Below, piece by piece: positions 1 through 8,949 of a DNA stretch of 34,895 bases. Each line of letters begins with the position of its first letter. Position 1 is the first letter of the stretch. The notes beneath the pieces are model-generated. The model ran no database searches. It was not told the DNA's origin and was given only the letters and a program-made list of their open reading frames with translations. Source of the stretch: a virus (Duplodnaviria; Caudoviricetes); IMG/VR virus record IMGVR_UViG_3300025534_000023, positions 1-34,895 of that record. One strand, given 5' to 3'. The translations under genes and the position numbers were made by a program.

Positions 1-1120
1 CGCCGTCAATCTCCAGCCCGGCACCGTTCGCGCCAGAAGCCGGCGCGCCGACCAGGCTCTTGATGCGCAGCACATAGGACGGCGTATCATCCGTGCCGTG
101 CCAGTAGATGCCCCGGGGACCACGCCAGCCGTCGATCACCACATGGCCGATGTCACAGCCGTTGAACTGCTCCAGGTCCATGGCGACCCAGGGACCGATG
201 AAGCGGAGATCGTCGAAACGGAGGCGATGGGCGTTCCGTACGCGGAGCACCGCCCCGGTGTGGTTCGCACCATCGAAGCGAAACCCGACCGCACCGCCGC
301 CCTGTACGTTGCCGGTCCACTCGAAGGCATCGAATGTGCCGTTGAGAATGATGCGCGAGTCCTGGCCGTGGCCGATGAGGCGCTGCCCGGCCGCCGACAG
401 CGTGACCTTGCCTGTTATGAAATAGCTGCCAGGCGGTACGTAGAGCGGCTTCCCGGTCGCCGCGGCCTTCCTGAAGGCTTCGGTGTCATCATCCGTGCCA
501 TTGCCCATGGCGCCGAAGGCCCGGACGTTGGCGACGTAGCCAAGCTGTTCCGCGATGGTGAGTGCGACCTCGCCGTTCGCGGGCGTCACGGTCGAGAGCG
601 AAAAGTCGCCCTGGAACACCCCGCCATCCGGCACCGCGTAGGCAATGGGGCTGCCACCAGAATCGAAGCCCAGCAGCTTATTCCGCCGCGTCGTCGCATC
701 CGGGAGTGGCGAAACCGTCTCCGGTGCCGGGAGGCGGAGCGCCCGCCCCTGCTCCTCCGCAAGCTGCTGGTCTGCCATCGCCAGCCGGTCCAGCGCGCCG
801 TTGATGACGCTTGGGTAGAAGCCGGCCTGGTTGGTTAGCTCCACATCCTGCGTCAGCGGAACCCTACGGGTGATGGTCAGCGTAGAGCCCGCCGGGATCG
901 GGCTGCCGGAGAGCGGATACGTGACCCAGCCGCCCACGGCCGGTGGAGCATTCAGCGTGACCGAGTAGGACGAGGGCGACAGTGTGATCCGCGCACCACT
1001 CGGGTCCGTATAGAGCACGGAGATAGTCGCCGGATCGGCGCAGTGGAATGGGAATGGGAACGAGGTCGCTGACCCGTTCCCCGCCAGCGTCGTCCGAACG
1101 GATGTGGTCTGTACGGGCAT
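1..1120 (-). CDS. Tailspike/tail fibre with beta-helix depolymerase domain (3' end outside window)
   Basis: Absent from ORF track; manual translation from ATG 1120: MPVQTTSVRTTLAGNGSATSFPFPF...LTITRRVPLTQ...FYPSVINGALDRLAM (T7 gp17-like anchor), then NVRAFGAMGNGTDDDTEAFRKA...LYVPPGSY (pectate-lyase-3-like beta-helix start). Confidence 0.88.
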   Translation of the reverse strand, partial: MPVQTTSVRTTLAGNGSATSFPFPFHCADPATISVLYTDPSGARITLSPSSYSVTLNAPPAVGGWVTYPLSGSPIPAGSTLTITRRVPLTQDVELTNQAGFYPSVINGALDRLAMADQQLAEEQGRALRLPAPETVSPLPDATTRRNKLLGFDSGGSPIAYAVPDGGVFQGDFSLSTVTPANGEVALTIAEQLGYVANVRAFGAMGNGTDDDTEAFRKAAATGKPLYVPPGSYFITGKVTLSAAGQRLIGHGQDSRIILNGTFDAFEWTGNVQGGGAVGFRFDGANHTGAVLRVRNAHRLRFDDLRFIGPWVAMDLEQFNGCDIGHVVIDGWRGPRGIYWHGTDDTPSYVLRIKSLVGAPASGANGAGLEIDG

Positions 1121-1156
1121 GCCCGCACGCTACGGGCGGGGCAGAAAAAGACTCGC
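1121..1156 (-). promoter_or_regulatory. Putative late promoter copy 1 (leaderless), tailspike
   Basis: GCGAGTCTTTTTCTGCCCCGCCCG-TAGCGT-GCGGGC-ATG; same motif and spacing at three other late genes. Confidence 0.8.
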
Positions 1157-1159
1157 GGG

Positions 1160-4100
1160 CTACTGCATCTGCGGCATGCGCCGCTGCACCCGCTCCTCCT
1201 GCCGGGCCCGGACCGTCGCGGCGAGGTCGGCATGTTCCGGCATTTCCAGGAGAGCTTGGCGGGCACCGGCCCGGAAGAACTGCACGAGGTTACGGATCAT
1301 GATGGCCTTGCCGCCATCACGGCCGTCACTCTGCATCATATAGGTGGCGCCCCATGGGCCGCGGCCCTGCACCATTTCGTCGAGGGTGTCCTTCAACCCC
1401 AGGCCGGTCGTGGGGTCTTTCCAGTCGTTGCCGGCCAGCCGGACGTAATCGTCATACGCGCCCGGATAGGCCGCGAGGTTCACCGGCGCCCCGTCGAAGT
1501 CTACCCGCTTCTGGATGCGCTCGATGCCGAGGTTGAGCCGCTGCAACTCGGCATCTATGGAGCTCTCCCGCAGGTCGGTGACACGGACGGGCGAGAATGC
1601 GTCGAAGGCCGCTCGCGCCGGGTTGTCCGGCACGATCACCTCACCCCAGCGGTTGCGCCGCGGTGGAAGCCGGGAAGACAAGGCCGGAATGCGGGCCAGG
1701 ACCGCATCCGTGATGCTGTTGAGTTCAGATCGCTCCGGGCTGAGTGCCTGCTCGGTCTGCGCTACCACCGCGGGGACGAAGCTACCGGCGAACTGCTGGA
1801 GGAATGCCTGCGCCCCCTGTTCCGGCCTGTCCAGCGCCTCGATCACTGACGCAAGGCCCTGCATCCAGGTCTTGTCCACCACGGAGCGGGAGACGGTAGC
1901 GATGCCGGCCGCCAGAAGCTCGGCCACCTCGTCCACCTCCTCTGGCTCCACCTCCCGCCGCCGCAGCATGTCTGCTGTGTCCGCCGCGAAGCCGAACAGG
2001 AAGCCCAACGGGTCCGCCCGGTCGTAGCTGAACCACTGATCCCCGATGCGGATGGCGTAGGCCGGCACGCCCTGGTTGCGCAGGCTCTCCACCTCGCCGG
2101 GGTCATCCGGGCCGCGCCCGGTAATGAGGCCCCGGTCCGCCATGTCGAAGGCCAGCGCCATCGCCGCAGAGCCGGTCGCTAGCCGGGCCAGCGCCAGGTC
2201 GCGCCGGGCGCCACCGGCCACGATATCTGCCCGCCATTGCCCCACCAGCGGCGCCAGCGGAGTCCGCTCGAAGGAGTAGGAGATGATGTTCGCGGGAGTA
2301 CGGATGAAGGGCAGCACGAAGGTCAGGCCGGGGATCTTCTCACGCAGCGCCATGAGGCCGCGCACCACCTGCACGGAACCGTCCCAGGTCTCGCGGTTGA
2401 AGGTCTGATAGAGTGCCTGATCCGCCGCCTGGAGACGCAGCGCCTCTGGCGGGTTGGCGATCAGCCGGGCCTGCCGGTCCGCCACCTCGCGGGCGAAGTC
2501 GCGCGAGCCGGGCAGCAGCTTGCCCTCGCTCAGCACCTCGTCGCGCGCCATGCGCAGTGCGCCGGCATGCAGCTCCATCCGGAAGCCGATGCTCTTGAAG
2601 AAGGCGTCCTCGGCCCCGAGCGCACGGGACGGGGCATTGACCACGCTATGCCCAATGAAGTCGATGGCCCGGCCGAGCCCGCTGCCAGGGTCCAGGCCGA
2701 GCGCCTGCGTCGATATGGCCCGGTCATGCGGCACGTCCACCTTGCCGAGCATGGTGCCGATCTCGCCCGTGCCGTCCCGGTAGGACGTGGCTGCCAGGCG
2801 GAAGGCATCCCGCAGGCCCGTCACCAGCCCGTAGAGCATGGCCGCCGCCTCGCCCTCGGCCACGCTGTCCCCGATGGCCTCGGCCACCCGCCGCTCGAAT
2901 ACCTGTTGCGCCGCGACGAAGGCATTGCTGGCGATGTTCACGAGATGCGTCTTGGGTGAGGACAGAAGGGCGTTGACCCAAAACTCCTGCACCGCGTCCA
3001 GGCCGCGGGCGAGCACCCCACGCGCCACGAAGGCGTTGACCGCGGCTGGGTTCGCGCCGGCCTGGGACAGCGCCACAAGCCGGCGGGCGATGGCCTGGCT
3101 CGTCTCGATGCCGCCGTGCTGCTCCAGCATCTGCTGGATGGCTCGTGCTTGCTCCGCGCCGCTGCCAGCCGGGATGGACCATGCCTGCAAGGCCCGCGCC
3201 GTCTCGCGTCGGGCCGCCAGCACCTCGGCCTGGATGGCGTAATGCACCGCCATCATCCGGCGGAAGGCGTATTCGTCGGCCGCCGTGGCGTTGGGCGAAG
3301 CTGCCCGCTGCGCCAGTTCCGTCAGCTTGGCGCCTGAGGCTTCCCACAGCCGCCGGGCCGCGAGCGCCGTCTCGGCGTTCCACGGTTCGCCCCTCCGGCG
3401 GGAGAGCAGTTGCTCTACTGTCAGGCCAAGCTGGTCCGCCAGCGCCTTGGTCGCCTCGTTGCTCTGGACGCTGCGCGCTGCCTCGTTGATCTCCGGGCGG
3501 AAGGCATCGGCCATGTCGCGCATGACCGCCTGCACATCCTCCGGGGCCTGGACACGGGCCCAGTTGATATACACCTCGCCGGGTTCCGTGGCGGCACGGA
3601 TGGCGGGGGTGTTCTCGATCGTCTCGACCGGGCGCCCCGCACTATCCAGCGCCCTTGCCGCCCCCTCGCCTGCCCGCTCCTGCCCCGCCTCGGCCGCTGC
3701 CATCTTCGCGGCCGGCTCGCCACCCGACGCCACCTGCGAGCGCAGAGGAGCCGGCGGCCCCATCGTGACCAGCGGCGCCGAGCGGTCCGGATTGCCCAGC
3801 GCCGTCAGCGCCTCCTCCACTAGCCGCGCCTGCTCATCGCGTGCCGCCTGTGCTGCGGCCTCAGCCTGCGCCGGGGTGAGCGGCGCCCCGCCCTGTGCTT
3901 CACGGGCCCGCAGCGCCGCCCGGAAGCCGCGCGCCGTCGCCACCAGCGCCTCAACGACCGCCCCTGTCGCCGTGCCCTCGATGGCCTGCTTGAGCCGCGC
4001 CTCGGCCTGGCTGTCGTCAGACCGATCCGCGAGGTAGTCCGTCAGCGCATTGGATGGGAGCCCTGCCTCCTGCCAGAGTTCCGCCAGCCGCGCCTGGTTC

Positions 4101-4813
4101 GGGTCGGAGGCGAAGAAGTCCGCGATGGCGCCGGCCGCCATGCCCTGCGCAGCGACGCCCGCAGCGCCGCGCGCCGCCCCTGCGATGCCGCGCACCACCC
4201 GCCCGGCCCCGATGAAGCCGGCCAGGAATTGCGCCACGTCCTTCACTACCCGCCCGGCGGGAGTGTCTGGCTCGGGGACGGTTGGGATGTTGCGGGCGAT
4301 GGCCCGCCCCGGATTGGCGCCGAAGGTGGCCTCGTCCTCCGCGACGGGCGCGGCGCCGGCCAGCCAGTTGCCGATGTCGTCGGCGGCCCGGAACATCTCC
4401 CGCAGCGCCCCGAGCGGCGCGCCGACGATCTGCGTCGTGGCGTCGCCCACATTGCGCAGAACCCGGCCGGCGGCATCCACCACCTCGCCCACGATGCCGG
4501 CCCGGTCCGCCGGGGCCGCGGGCTCCGCAGGCGCAGGGGCATTCCCCAGGCCCGGCCCCCGGCCGCTGCCGACGCCACCGCCGCTGCCCGTGCCCAGGCC
4601 CTCCGGCTCCGGCGGTTCGTCCGGCCGGACACCGCGCGGGCGGATCTCGATGATCTGCCCGACCGCGTTCGGGTCGGGGATCAGCAAGCCATTCTCGTCC
4701 ACCGGGCCGGCCAGGGAGCGCAACCGCGCCATGGTATCGGCAGCAGACGCCTCCTGAATGCGGGCCGCATAAGAGGCGCCAAGGTCGTTCGGCGAGGTGG
4801 CGAGATCGGTCAC
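1160..4813 (-). CDS. Large internal virion / DNA ejection protein (1217 aa)
   Basis: Large Ala-rich helical protein just before the tailspike, as T7 gp16; PFIRTPANI and YDRADPLG-type motifs; ATGA overlap with upstream gene. Confidence 0.75.
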   Translation of the reverse strand: MTDLATSPNDLGASYAARIQEASAADTMARLRSLAGPVDENGLLIPDPNAVGQIIEIRPRGVRPDEPPEPEGLGTGSGGGVGSGRGPGLGNAPAPAEPAAPADRAGIVGEVVDAAGRVLRNVGDATTQIVGAPLGALREMFRAADDIGNWLAGAAPVAEDEATFGANPGRAIARNIPTVPEPDTPAGRVVKDVAQFLAGFIGAGRVVRGIAGAARGAAGVAAQGMAAGAIADFFASDPNQARLAELWQEAGLPSNALTDYLADRSDDSQAEARLKQAIEGTATGAVVEALVATARGFRAALRAREAQGGAPLTPAQAEAAAQAARDEQARLVEEALTALGNPDRSAPLVTMGPPAPLRSQVASGGEPAAKMAAAEAGQERAGEGAARALDSAGRPVETIENTPAIRAATEPGEVYINWARVQAPEDVQAVMRDMADAFRPEINEAARSVQSNEATKALADQLGLTVEQLLSRRRGEPWNAETALAARRLWEASGAKLTELAQRAASPNATAADEYAFRRMMAVHYAIQAEVLAARRETARALQAWSIPAGSGAEQARAIQQMLEQHGGIETSQAIARRLVALSQAGANPAAVNAFVARGVLARGLDAVQEFWVNALLSSPKTHLVNIASNAFVAAQQVFERRVAEAIGDSVAEGEAAAMLYGLVTGLRDAFRLAATSYRDGTGEIGTMLGKVDVPHDRAISTQALGLDPGSGLGRAIDFIGHSVVNAPSRALGAEDAFFKSIGFRMELHAGALRMARDEVLSEGKLLPGSRDFAREVADRQARLIANPPEALRLQAADQALYQTFNRETWDGSVQVVRGLMALREKIPGLTFVLPFIRTPANIISYSFERTPLAPLVGQWRADIVAGGARRDLALARLATGSAAMALAFDMADRGLITGRGPDDPGEVESLRNQGVPAYAIRIGDQWFSYDRADPLGFLFGFAADTADMLRRREVEPEEVDEVAELLAAGIATVSRSVVDKTWMQGLASVIEALDRPEQGAQAFLQQFAGSFVPAVVAQTEQALSPERSELNSITDAVLARIPALSSRLPPRRNRWGEVIVPDNPARAAFDAFSPVRVTDLRESSIDAELQRLNLGIERIQKRVDFDGAPVNLAAYPGAYDDYVRLAGNDWKDPTTGLGLKDTLDEMVQGRGPWGATYMMQSDGRDGGKAIMIRNLVQFFRAGARQALLEMPEHADLAATVRARQEERVQRRMPQMQ

Positions 4814-6417
4814 TGCTGACGCCTCGTGTTCGGACCCTGGCCGCGGCCAGGGGGAGCAGTATTACTGCGGGGCTGCGGAGCGGTGACGAAGGTGGAGCGC
4901 CAAGCCTCCAGCACCTCCATCTCGCGCCGGAGGTCGGGCTCGGGCAGCCCGGCCGCGAGCAGGCGCCGCGCCGCCTCCTGGATCGTCGCCTCCGTCACCT
5001 CCTGCCGGGTGCCGGTAAAGCCATAGGGCTTGGGCAGGGTCAGCCGCAGTTGCGCGCCGCCGATGTCCCGGTAGCGGCTGACAATGGCGCGAGCCTGCGC
5101 GTCCGCTTCATCGGCCGAGGCGTTCGGGTTCTCCCGTGCCCAGCGGTCAAAGTCGGAGATGGCGTTGTTCTGCCGCAATGTCAGCTGCTCGCGCATGAAG
5201 CCAGCCATCGGCACATCGCCTGGATCAAGGCTGGAGCGGACGAAAGCGCGGCCCGCCGCGATGGGCGAAGGCGGGGCATCGTCCCGCCGCGCGGCCCGGT
5301 TCGCGCGCAGCAGGTTGGCCGCCGTCTCGGCCGTGAGCTGCCCGCCATCCACCGCGCGCCGCACCCTGGCGTCGAATGCCACCGGGTCCACGCGGTCCAC
5401 GTCGCGCTCCAGATCCAGCCGCACGCCCGGATCGTCACGATGGGTCGCCGCCCGGATGCGGGCCAGCAGCGCCGCGGTCTCGCCGGGCGAGAGCCATTCC
5501 CGCTGCGCCTGCACATCGGCCACGGTCGGCATCGGCCCCCGCCCCTGCTCCGCCAGCGCGATCCGGGCATACAGGTCGTTCGCCGCCTGGTCCGCCAACC
5601 GCCGCTGCACCCGCTCGGCCCGGCGCTCGGCCGCCTCGGCTGCCGTGGCCTGCGCCTGCATGGCAGAGGTGGCGCTGTTCGCCAGCCGCTGCCGCGCCAC
5701 AGGATCAAGGCCGCGGTACTTGTTGGGGTCCGCCAGGTTGCGCAGCGCGACCATCGGATTGGCCGCGATGTCCCGCATGGCCTCGGCCTGATCGAGCCGG
5801 CCGAAATACCGCTGCCGCATCTCCTCGGCCTTGTCGGCAGGTATGATGCCGGCCGCGACATTGCTGGCGATCAGGCCCTCGGCCCGCGCGTCCAGTTCCG
5901 CCCGGCGGGACGGATTGGCCGCGGCCTCCTGCGCCAGGGTCGAGAGCCCGGCAATCATCTTGGCCTCGCCCACCTCACGGGTCCGGCGCGCTGTCAGGCG
6001 GACAATCTCCAGATGGTCTCGCGCCAGATCAGTCGCGGCCACCTTGGCGAAGCTCTGCCGCACCGCCGCGTTGCCGAGGCTGCCCTCGATCTGCTGCCGG
6101 AGCGCCTGCGTGCCCTGCTGCCACTTCTGCTGGATGACGGCCGGATCGGGCTCCATCTCCAGGGAGCCGCGCAACTTGGCCAGCTCCGCAGTCCATCGGG
6201 TCTGCGCATCGGTCAGCGCCGTGGTGTTCTGCGCATCCTGGATGGCGATGGCGACCTGCGCCAGCCGATCACTCGCCCGCGCCATCTGCCGTGAGGCTTG
6301 CCCCATCGCCTCGGCCTGGAGCGCGCCGAACATGGCCGGGGTGGCGCGAATGTCCTGCTGGCCCTGCGGCAGCAGGCGGGGGCCTTGGCCGGGGCCAGTG
6401 AACGGGACGGTCGGCAT
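4810..6417 (-). CDS. Internal virion / ejection protein (535 aa)
   Basis: Ala/Gln/Arg-rich helical protein at the T7 gp15 position. Confidence 0.7.
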   Translation of the reverse strand: MPTVPFTGPGQGPRLLPQGQQDIRATPAMFGALQAEAMGQASRQMARASDRLAQVAIAIQDAQNTTALTDAQTRWTAELAKLRGSLEMEPDPAVIQQKWQQGTQALRQQIEGSLGNAAVRQSFAKVAATDLARDHLEIVRLTARRTREVGEAKMIAGLSTLAQEAAANPSRRAELDARAEGLIASNVAAGIIPADKAEEMRQRYFGRLDQAEAMRDIAANPMVALRNLADPNKYRGLDPVARQRLANSATSAMQAQATAAEAAERRAERVQRRLADQAANDLYARIALAEQGRGPMPTVADVQAQREWLSPGETAALLARIRAATHRDDPGVRLDLERDVDRVDPVAFDARVRRAVDGGQLTAETAANLLRANRAARRDDAPPSPIAAGRAFVRSSLDPGDVPMAGFMREQLTLRQNNAISDFDRWARENPNASADEADAQARAIVSRYRDIGGAQLRLTLPKPYGFTGTRQEVTEATIQEAARRLLAAGLPEPDLRREMEVLEAWRSTFVTAPQPRSNTAPPGRGQGPNTRRQQ

Positions 6418-6453
6418 GCCGGCACGGTATGGCGCCGGCTAGAAAAGACTCGC
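6418..6453 (-). promoter_or_regulatory. Putative late promoter copy 2 (leaderless)
   Basis: GCGAGTCTTTTCTAGCCGGCGCCA-TACCGT-GCCGGC-ATG. Confidence 0.8.
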
Positions 6454-6456
6454 GGA

Positions 6457-6591
6457 CTAGCCCTGCGCCTCGCCCTGCTCCTGCTCTTGCCTGGCCTGCC
6501 CCTGTTCTGCAGGCAGGCGCATCTGGCGGAATTTCTCCTCCATGCGGAGGTAGAATTCCGGCGGCAGGGCTGCGGGCTCAGCGTTCGACAT
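6457..6591 (-). CDS. Small Glu/Gln-rich protein (44 aa)
   Basis: MSNAEPAALPPEFYLRMEEKFRQMRLPAEQGQARQEQEQGEAQG; AGGAG upstream; fills the gap after the pyruvyltransferase. Confidence 0.55.
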   Translation of the reverse strand: MSNAEPAALPPEFYLRMEEKFRQMRLPAEQGQARQEQEQGEAQG

Positions 6592-6600
6592 TGGTTTCTC

Positions 6601-7599
6601 CTACCAAGGAATTGCGGACGCCAGCGCCTCATCCAGCGGCCAGACCGCGTCGGACCAGGCCACACGGGGCGTCAGTGGGAACGCCTCGAAGAATGTCTCG
6701 GCGCCACGGTGCTGCACTGGCTCCCATAGGCGGTCAATGGCGGTGATGACATCATCCCAGGCGGTCGGCGCGTTGGGCGGCTGCCCATAGGTCGGAAGGC
6801 GTGTCAGGCCAGCGCCCGCATAGAAATCGGCAAAGCGGTGGTCCACGATGCCCTGCCAGCCCCCCAGATCAAGCATCTGCCCGCCGCCCGGATGGTGGGC
6901 CAGATACAGGCTCGGAATGCCATAGGCGTCAGCTATCAGCTTGCCATGCAGGCTTGCGCTGACAATGCGGCGGCACGACAGGATCTCCGCCAGCTTTGCC
7001 TTCCATGCTGCCCATCCCGGCTCGTGGCGAGTGGAAATCAGGCAAACCTTATCCGTCCTGCTGCCCAGATACCGCACATGCTTGGGCGTCGCGTCAAGCT
7101 GCGGCGTTTCCAGCTCGGAGAGGTGCGGGATCACCCCCAACTCATACCGCTTCGGGACCGTGTCCGGCAGGATGCGTGGCAGGAACCACGCGCCATCGCC
7201 ATAAATCGGCGGGGCAAACAGCCCGGCGTCCAGCAGGGTTCGGCGCGTGTGAGGGCCGCGGGTGGCGTGGACGACATATCGGGTATCGGGCGCGGCGGCG
7301 AAGGCCGCATCCGTGTTTCCGAAGGCTCGGCGTCCAGCGTCAACCCCGGTCCCCCACAGATGGACCGTGCCCCAGTGCATGTTCTGGCCGATGGTGCCGA
7401 CCGCCGCCATGCGCGTGGTCAGGTCGTTGAAGTTCTGCGGTATGAGGGCGCGGCCCGTCATCGCAACCACAACAACCGCGCTGGCCGCATCCCCGAAGTT
7501 GCTGGCGCCCGCCGCGGTGCTTCTCGCCCAAACCAGTGGCACCCGCCCCCTGGCCCGACGCACGGCGTAGTCCAGATCAATATGGGGGCTGGCGGACAA
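6601..7599 (-). CDS. Polysaccharide pyruvyl transferase family protein (ExoV-like)
   Basis: Motifs NFGD, HLWGTG, ATRGPHT, YGDGAWFLP, LGVIPH, IVSASLHGKLIADAYGIP; TTG start with GGGAG 7 nt upstream (start uncertain). Confidence 0.85.
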   Translation of the reverse strand: MSASPHIDLDYAVRRARGRVPLVWARSTAAGASNFGDAASAVVVVAMTGRALIPQNFNDLTTRMAAVGTIGQNMHWGTVHLWGTGVDAGRRAFGNTDAAFAAAPDTRYVVHATRGPHTRRTLLDAGLFAPPIYGDGAWFLPRILPDTVPKRYELGVIPHLSELETPQLDATPKHVRYLGSRTDKVCLISTRHEPGWAAWKAKLAEILSCRRIVSASLHGKLIADAYGIPSLYLAHHPGGGQMLDLGGWQGIVDHRFADFYAGAGLTRLPTYGQPPNAPTAWDDVITAIDRLWEPVQHRGAETFFEAFPLTPRVAWSDAVWPLDEALASAIPW

Positions 7600-7671
7600 G
7601 ACTCATCTCCCAGTTGAGCGGCCCAGCCGGCATACTACCGCAATCCCAGGCCCGCAAGTGGAGGCATCCCC

Positions 7672-7917
7672 GTGAAAGTCTACCTCGATGAGAGCGGCGA
7701 GAAGCGCCTGATCGGCCGGGCTGATGTGCCGGAGGATTGTGGGCCGGTGTTCGAGGTGCCGCTGTTCGGCGCCGCCTCCACCATCGCCGAGCAGTTTACG
7801 ATCGGGACCGTAACGCACTTCCTGGCCGGCGGCGGCCCGGTGGTGGAGCGGGCCGTGCTGGCATCGCCGGGGCAGTTGGTGGAGTTGCTGCCGGGGTGGC
7901 AGCCGTTGGCATCGTGA
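7672..7917 (+). CDS. Hypothetical protein (81 aa), antisense to the late operon
   Basis: GGAGG before GTG; fills an intergenic gap; globular composition. Confidence 0.65.
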   Translation: MKVYLDESGEKRLIGRADVPEDCGPVFEVPLFGAASTIAEQFTIGTVTHFLAGGGPVVERAVLASPGQLVELLPGWQPLAS

Positions 7918-7946
7918 AGGCTGGCGCTAGGCCCAGGGCCTCATTC

Positions 7947-8486
7947 CTACCCGAGCGCGGCCGGCTTCTTCAGGTCGCCGCCGCCGAAGATGCCCTTCTG
8001 CTGATACCCCGCCCACTGCCCCGCGAACTGGCTCACCCCGCTCAGCAGCGTCCCCGCGGTCTGCCAGCCGCCCGCCGCCCGTGCGCTCTCCCCCTGGTAG
8101 CGCAGCAGCGCCGCCTGGTTCTCCAGGCCAAGGCCCTGCGTCAGCGCGTTGTAGCGGGCCGTGGCCGCGTCCAGCCCCGTGGCCTCGGCCGTGTCGCGCT
8201 GGATGGCCAGCGCCGAGCCGAAGCCGAGATCCACGTTGTTCGCCGCCAGGGTCGCGCGCTGCAGCCCAAGCCGCTGCGCCCCCTCGCGGTAGACCTGCTG
8301 CGCCTGCGCCTCGCCGGCCTGACGGGCCGCCTCGGCGTTGTTGCGGGCGACCTGCGCCTGGTAGTTGGCGGCGTTCTGCTGCGCCTTGGCATTCGCCTGG
8401 GCGCTCATGACGCCAATTGCGGTAGAGGCCGCGGTGGCAGCCAGGGAGACGGCCGCAACCACCGCGGCCGGGATCACGACGCACAT
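7947..8486 (-). CDS. Internal virion / ejection protein (T7 gp14-like, 179 aa)
   Basis: MCVVIPAAVVAAVSLAATAAS hydrophobic N-terminus, then Ala/Gln-rich helix; typical position. Confidence 0.78.
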   Translation of the reverse strand: MCVVIPAAVVAAVSLAATAASTAIGVMSAQANAKAQQNAANYQAQVARNNAEAARQAGEAQAQQVYREGAQRLGLQRATLAANNVDLGFGSALAIQRDTAEATGLDAATARYNALTQGLGLENQAALLRYQGESARAAGGWQTAGTLLSGVSQFAGQWAGYQQKGIFGGGDLKKPAALG

Positions 8487-8487
8487 C

Positions 8488-8949
8488 TCAGACGGCCCTC
8501 CAGAACGGATGGAACGCCAGCCCGGCCACGCCGAAGGGCACCGCCGGACCGAGGGTGAAGCCCATCCGCCGCAGCCAGCGCACCGCCCGCGTGTTCCGGG
8601 CATCCACATGGTTCCGCAGCAGCCGGTAGCCGTCCCCGATCAGCGTCAGCCATTGTGGCGCCTCACGCAGCATGGCCCGCGCCTGCCGCTCGACCTCATC
8701 GCTGCCGAGCATCCAGACCAGCCCCTCGCCGGCCAGGAGGTTCGCGGGGCAAACCCCGAAGATCGCCGCCGGCTCGCCCCATACCATAGCCGTCACCGCC
8801 ACGCTCGACGCCCGCAGGCTGATCGGGAGTGCCACCTCCGGCGGCAGGCCAAGCGCGGCCTGAACCTCGGCCCGGTCCGCCTCCCGCAGCCGCGGCGCCA
8901 GCCATTCGGCATGGGCCGGCTCGGCCGGGATGTATTCAAGTCCCGACAT
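8488..8949 (-). CDS. T7 gp13-like GNAT-fold assembly protein
   Basis: LREADRAEV, WMLGS, LRNHVDARNTRAVRWLRRMGF motifs; follows tail tube B. Confidence 0.8.
   Translation of the reverse strand: MSGLEYIPAEPAHAEWLAPRLREADRAEVQAALGLPPEVALPISLRASSVAVTAMVWGEPAAIFGVCPANLLAGEGLVWMLGSDEVERQARAMLREAPQWLTLIGDGYRLLRNHVDARNTRAVRWLRRMGFTLGPAVPFGVAGLAFHPFWRAV

Noticed and set aside
1-1120. Diversity-generating retroelement, suggested by the BPP-1-like virion genes
   Set aside because: No reverse transcriptase or TR/VR pair in the window; cannot be excluded beyond the left edge
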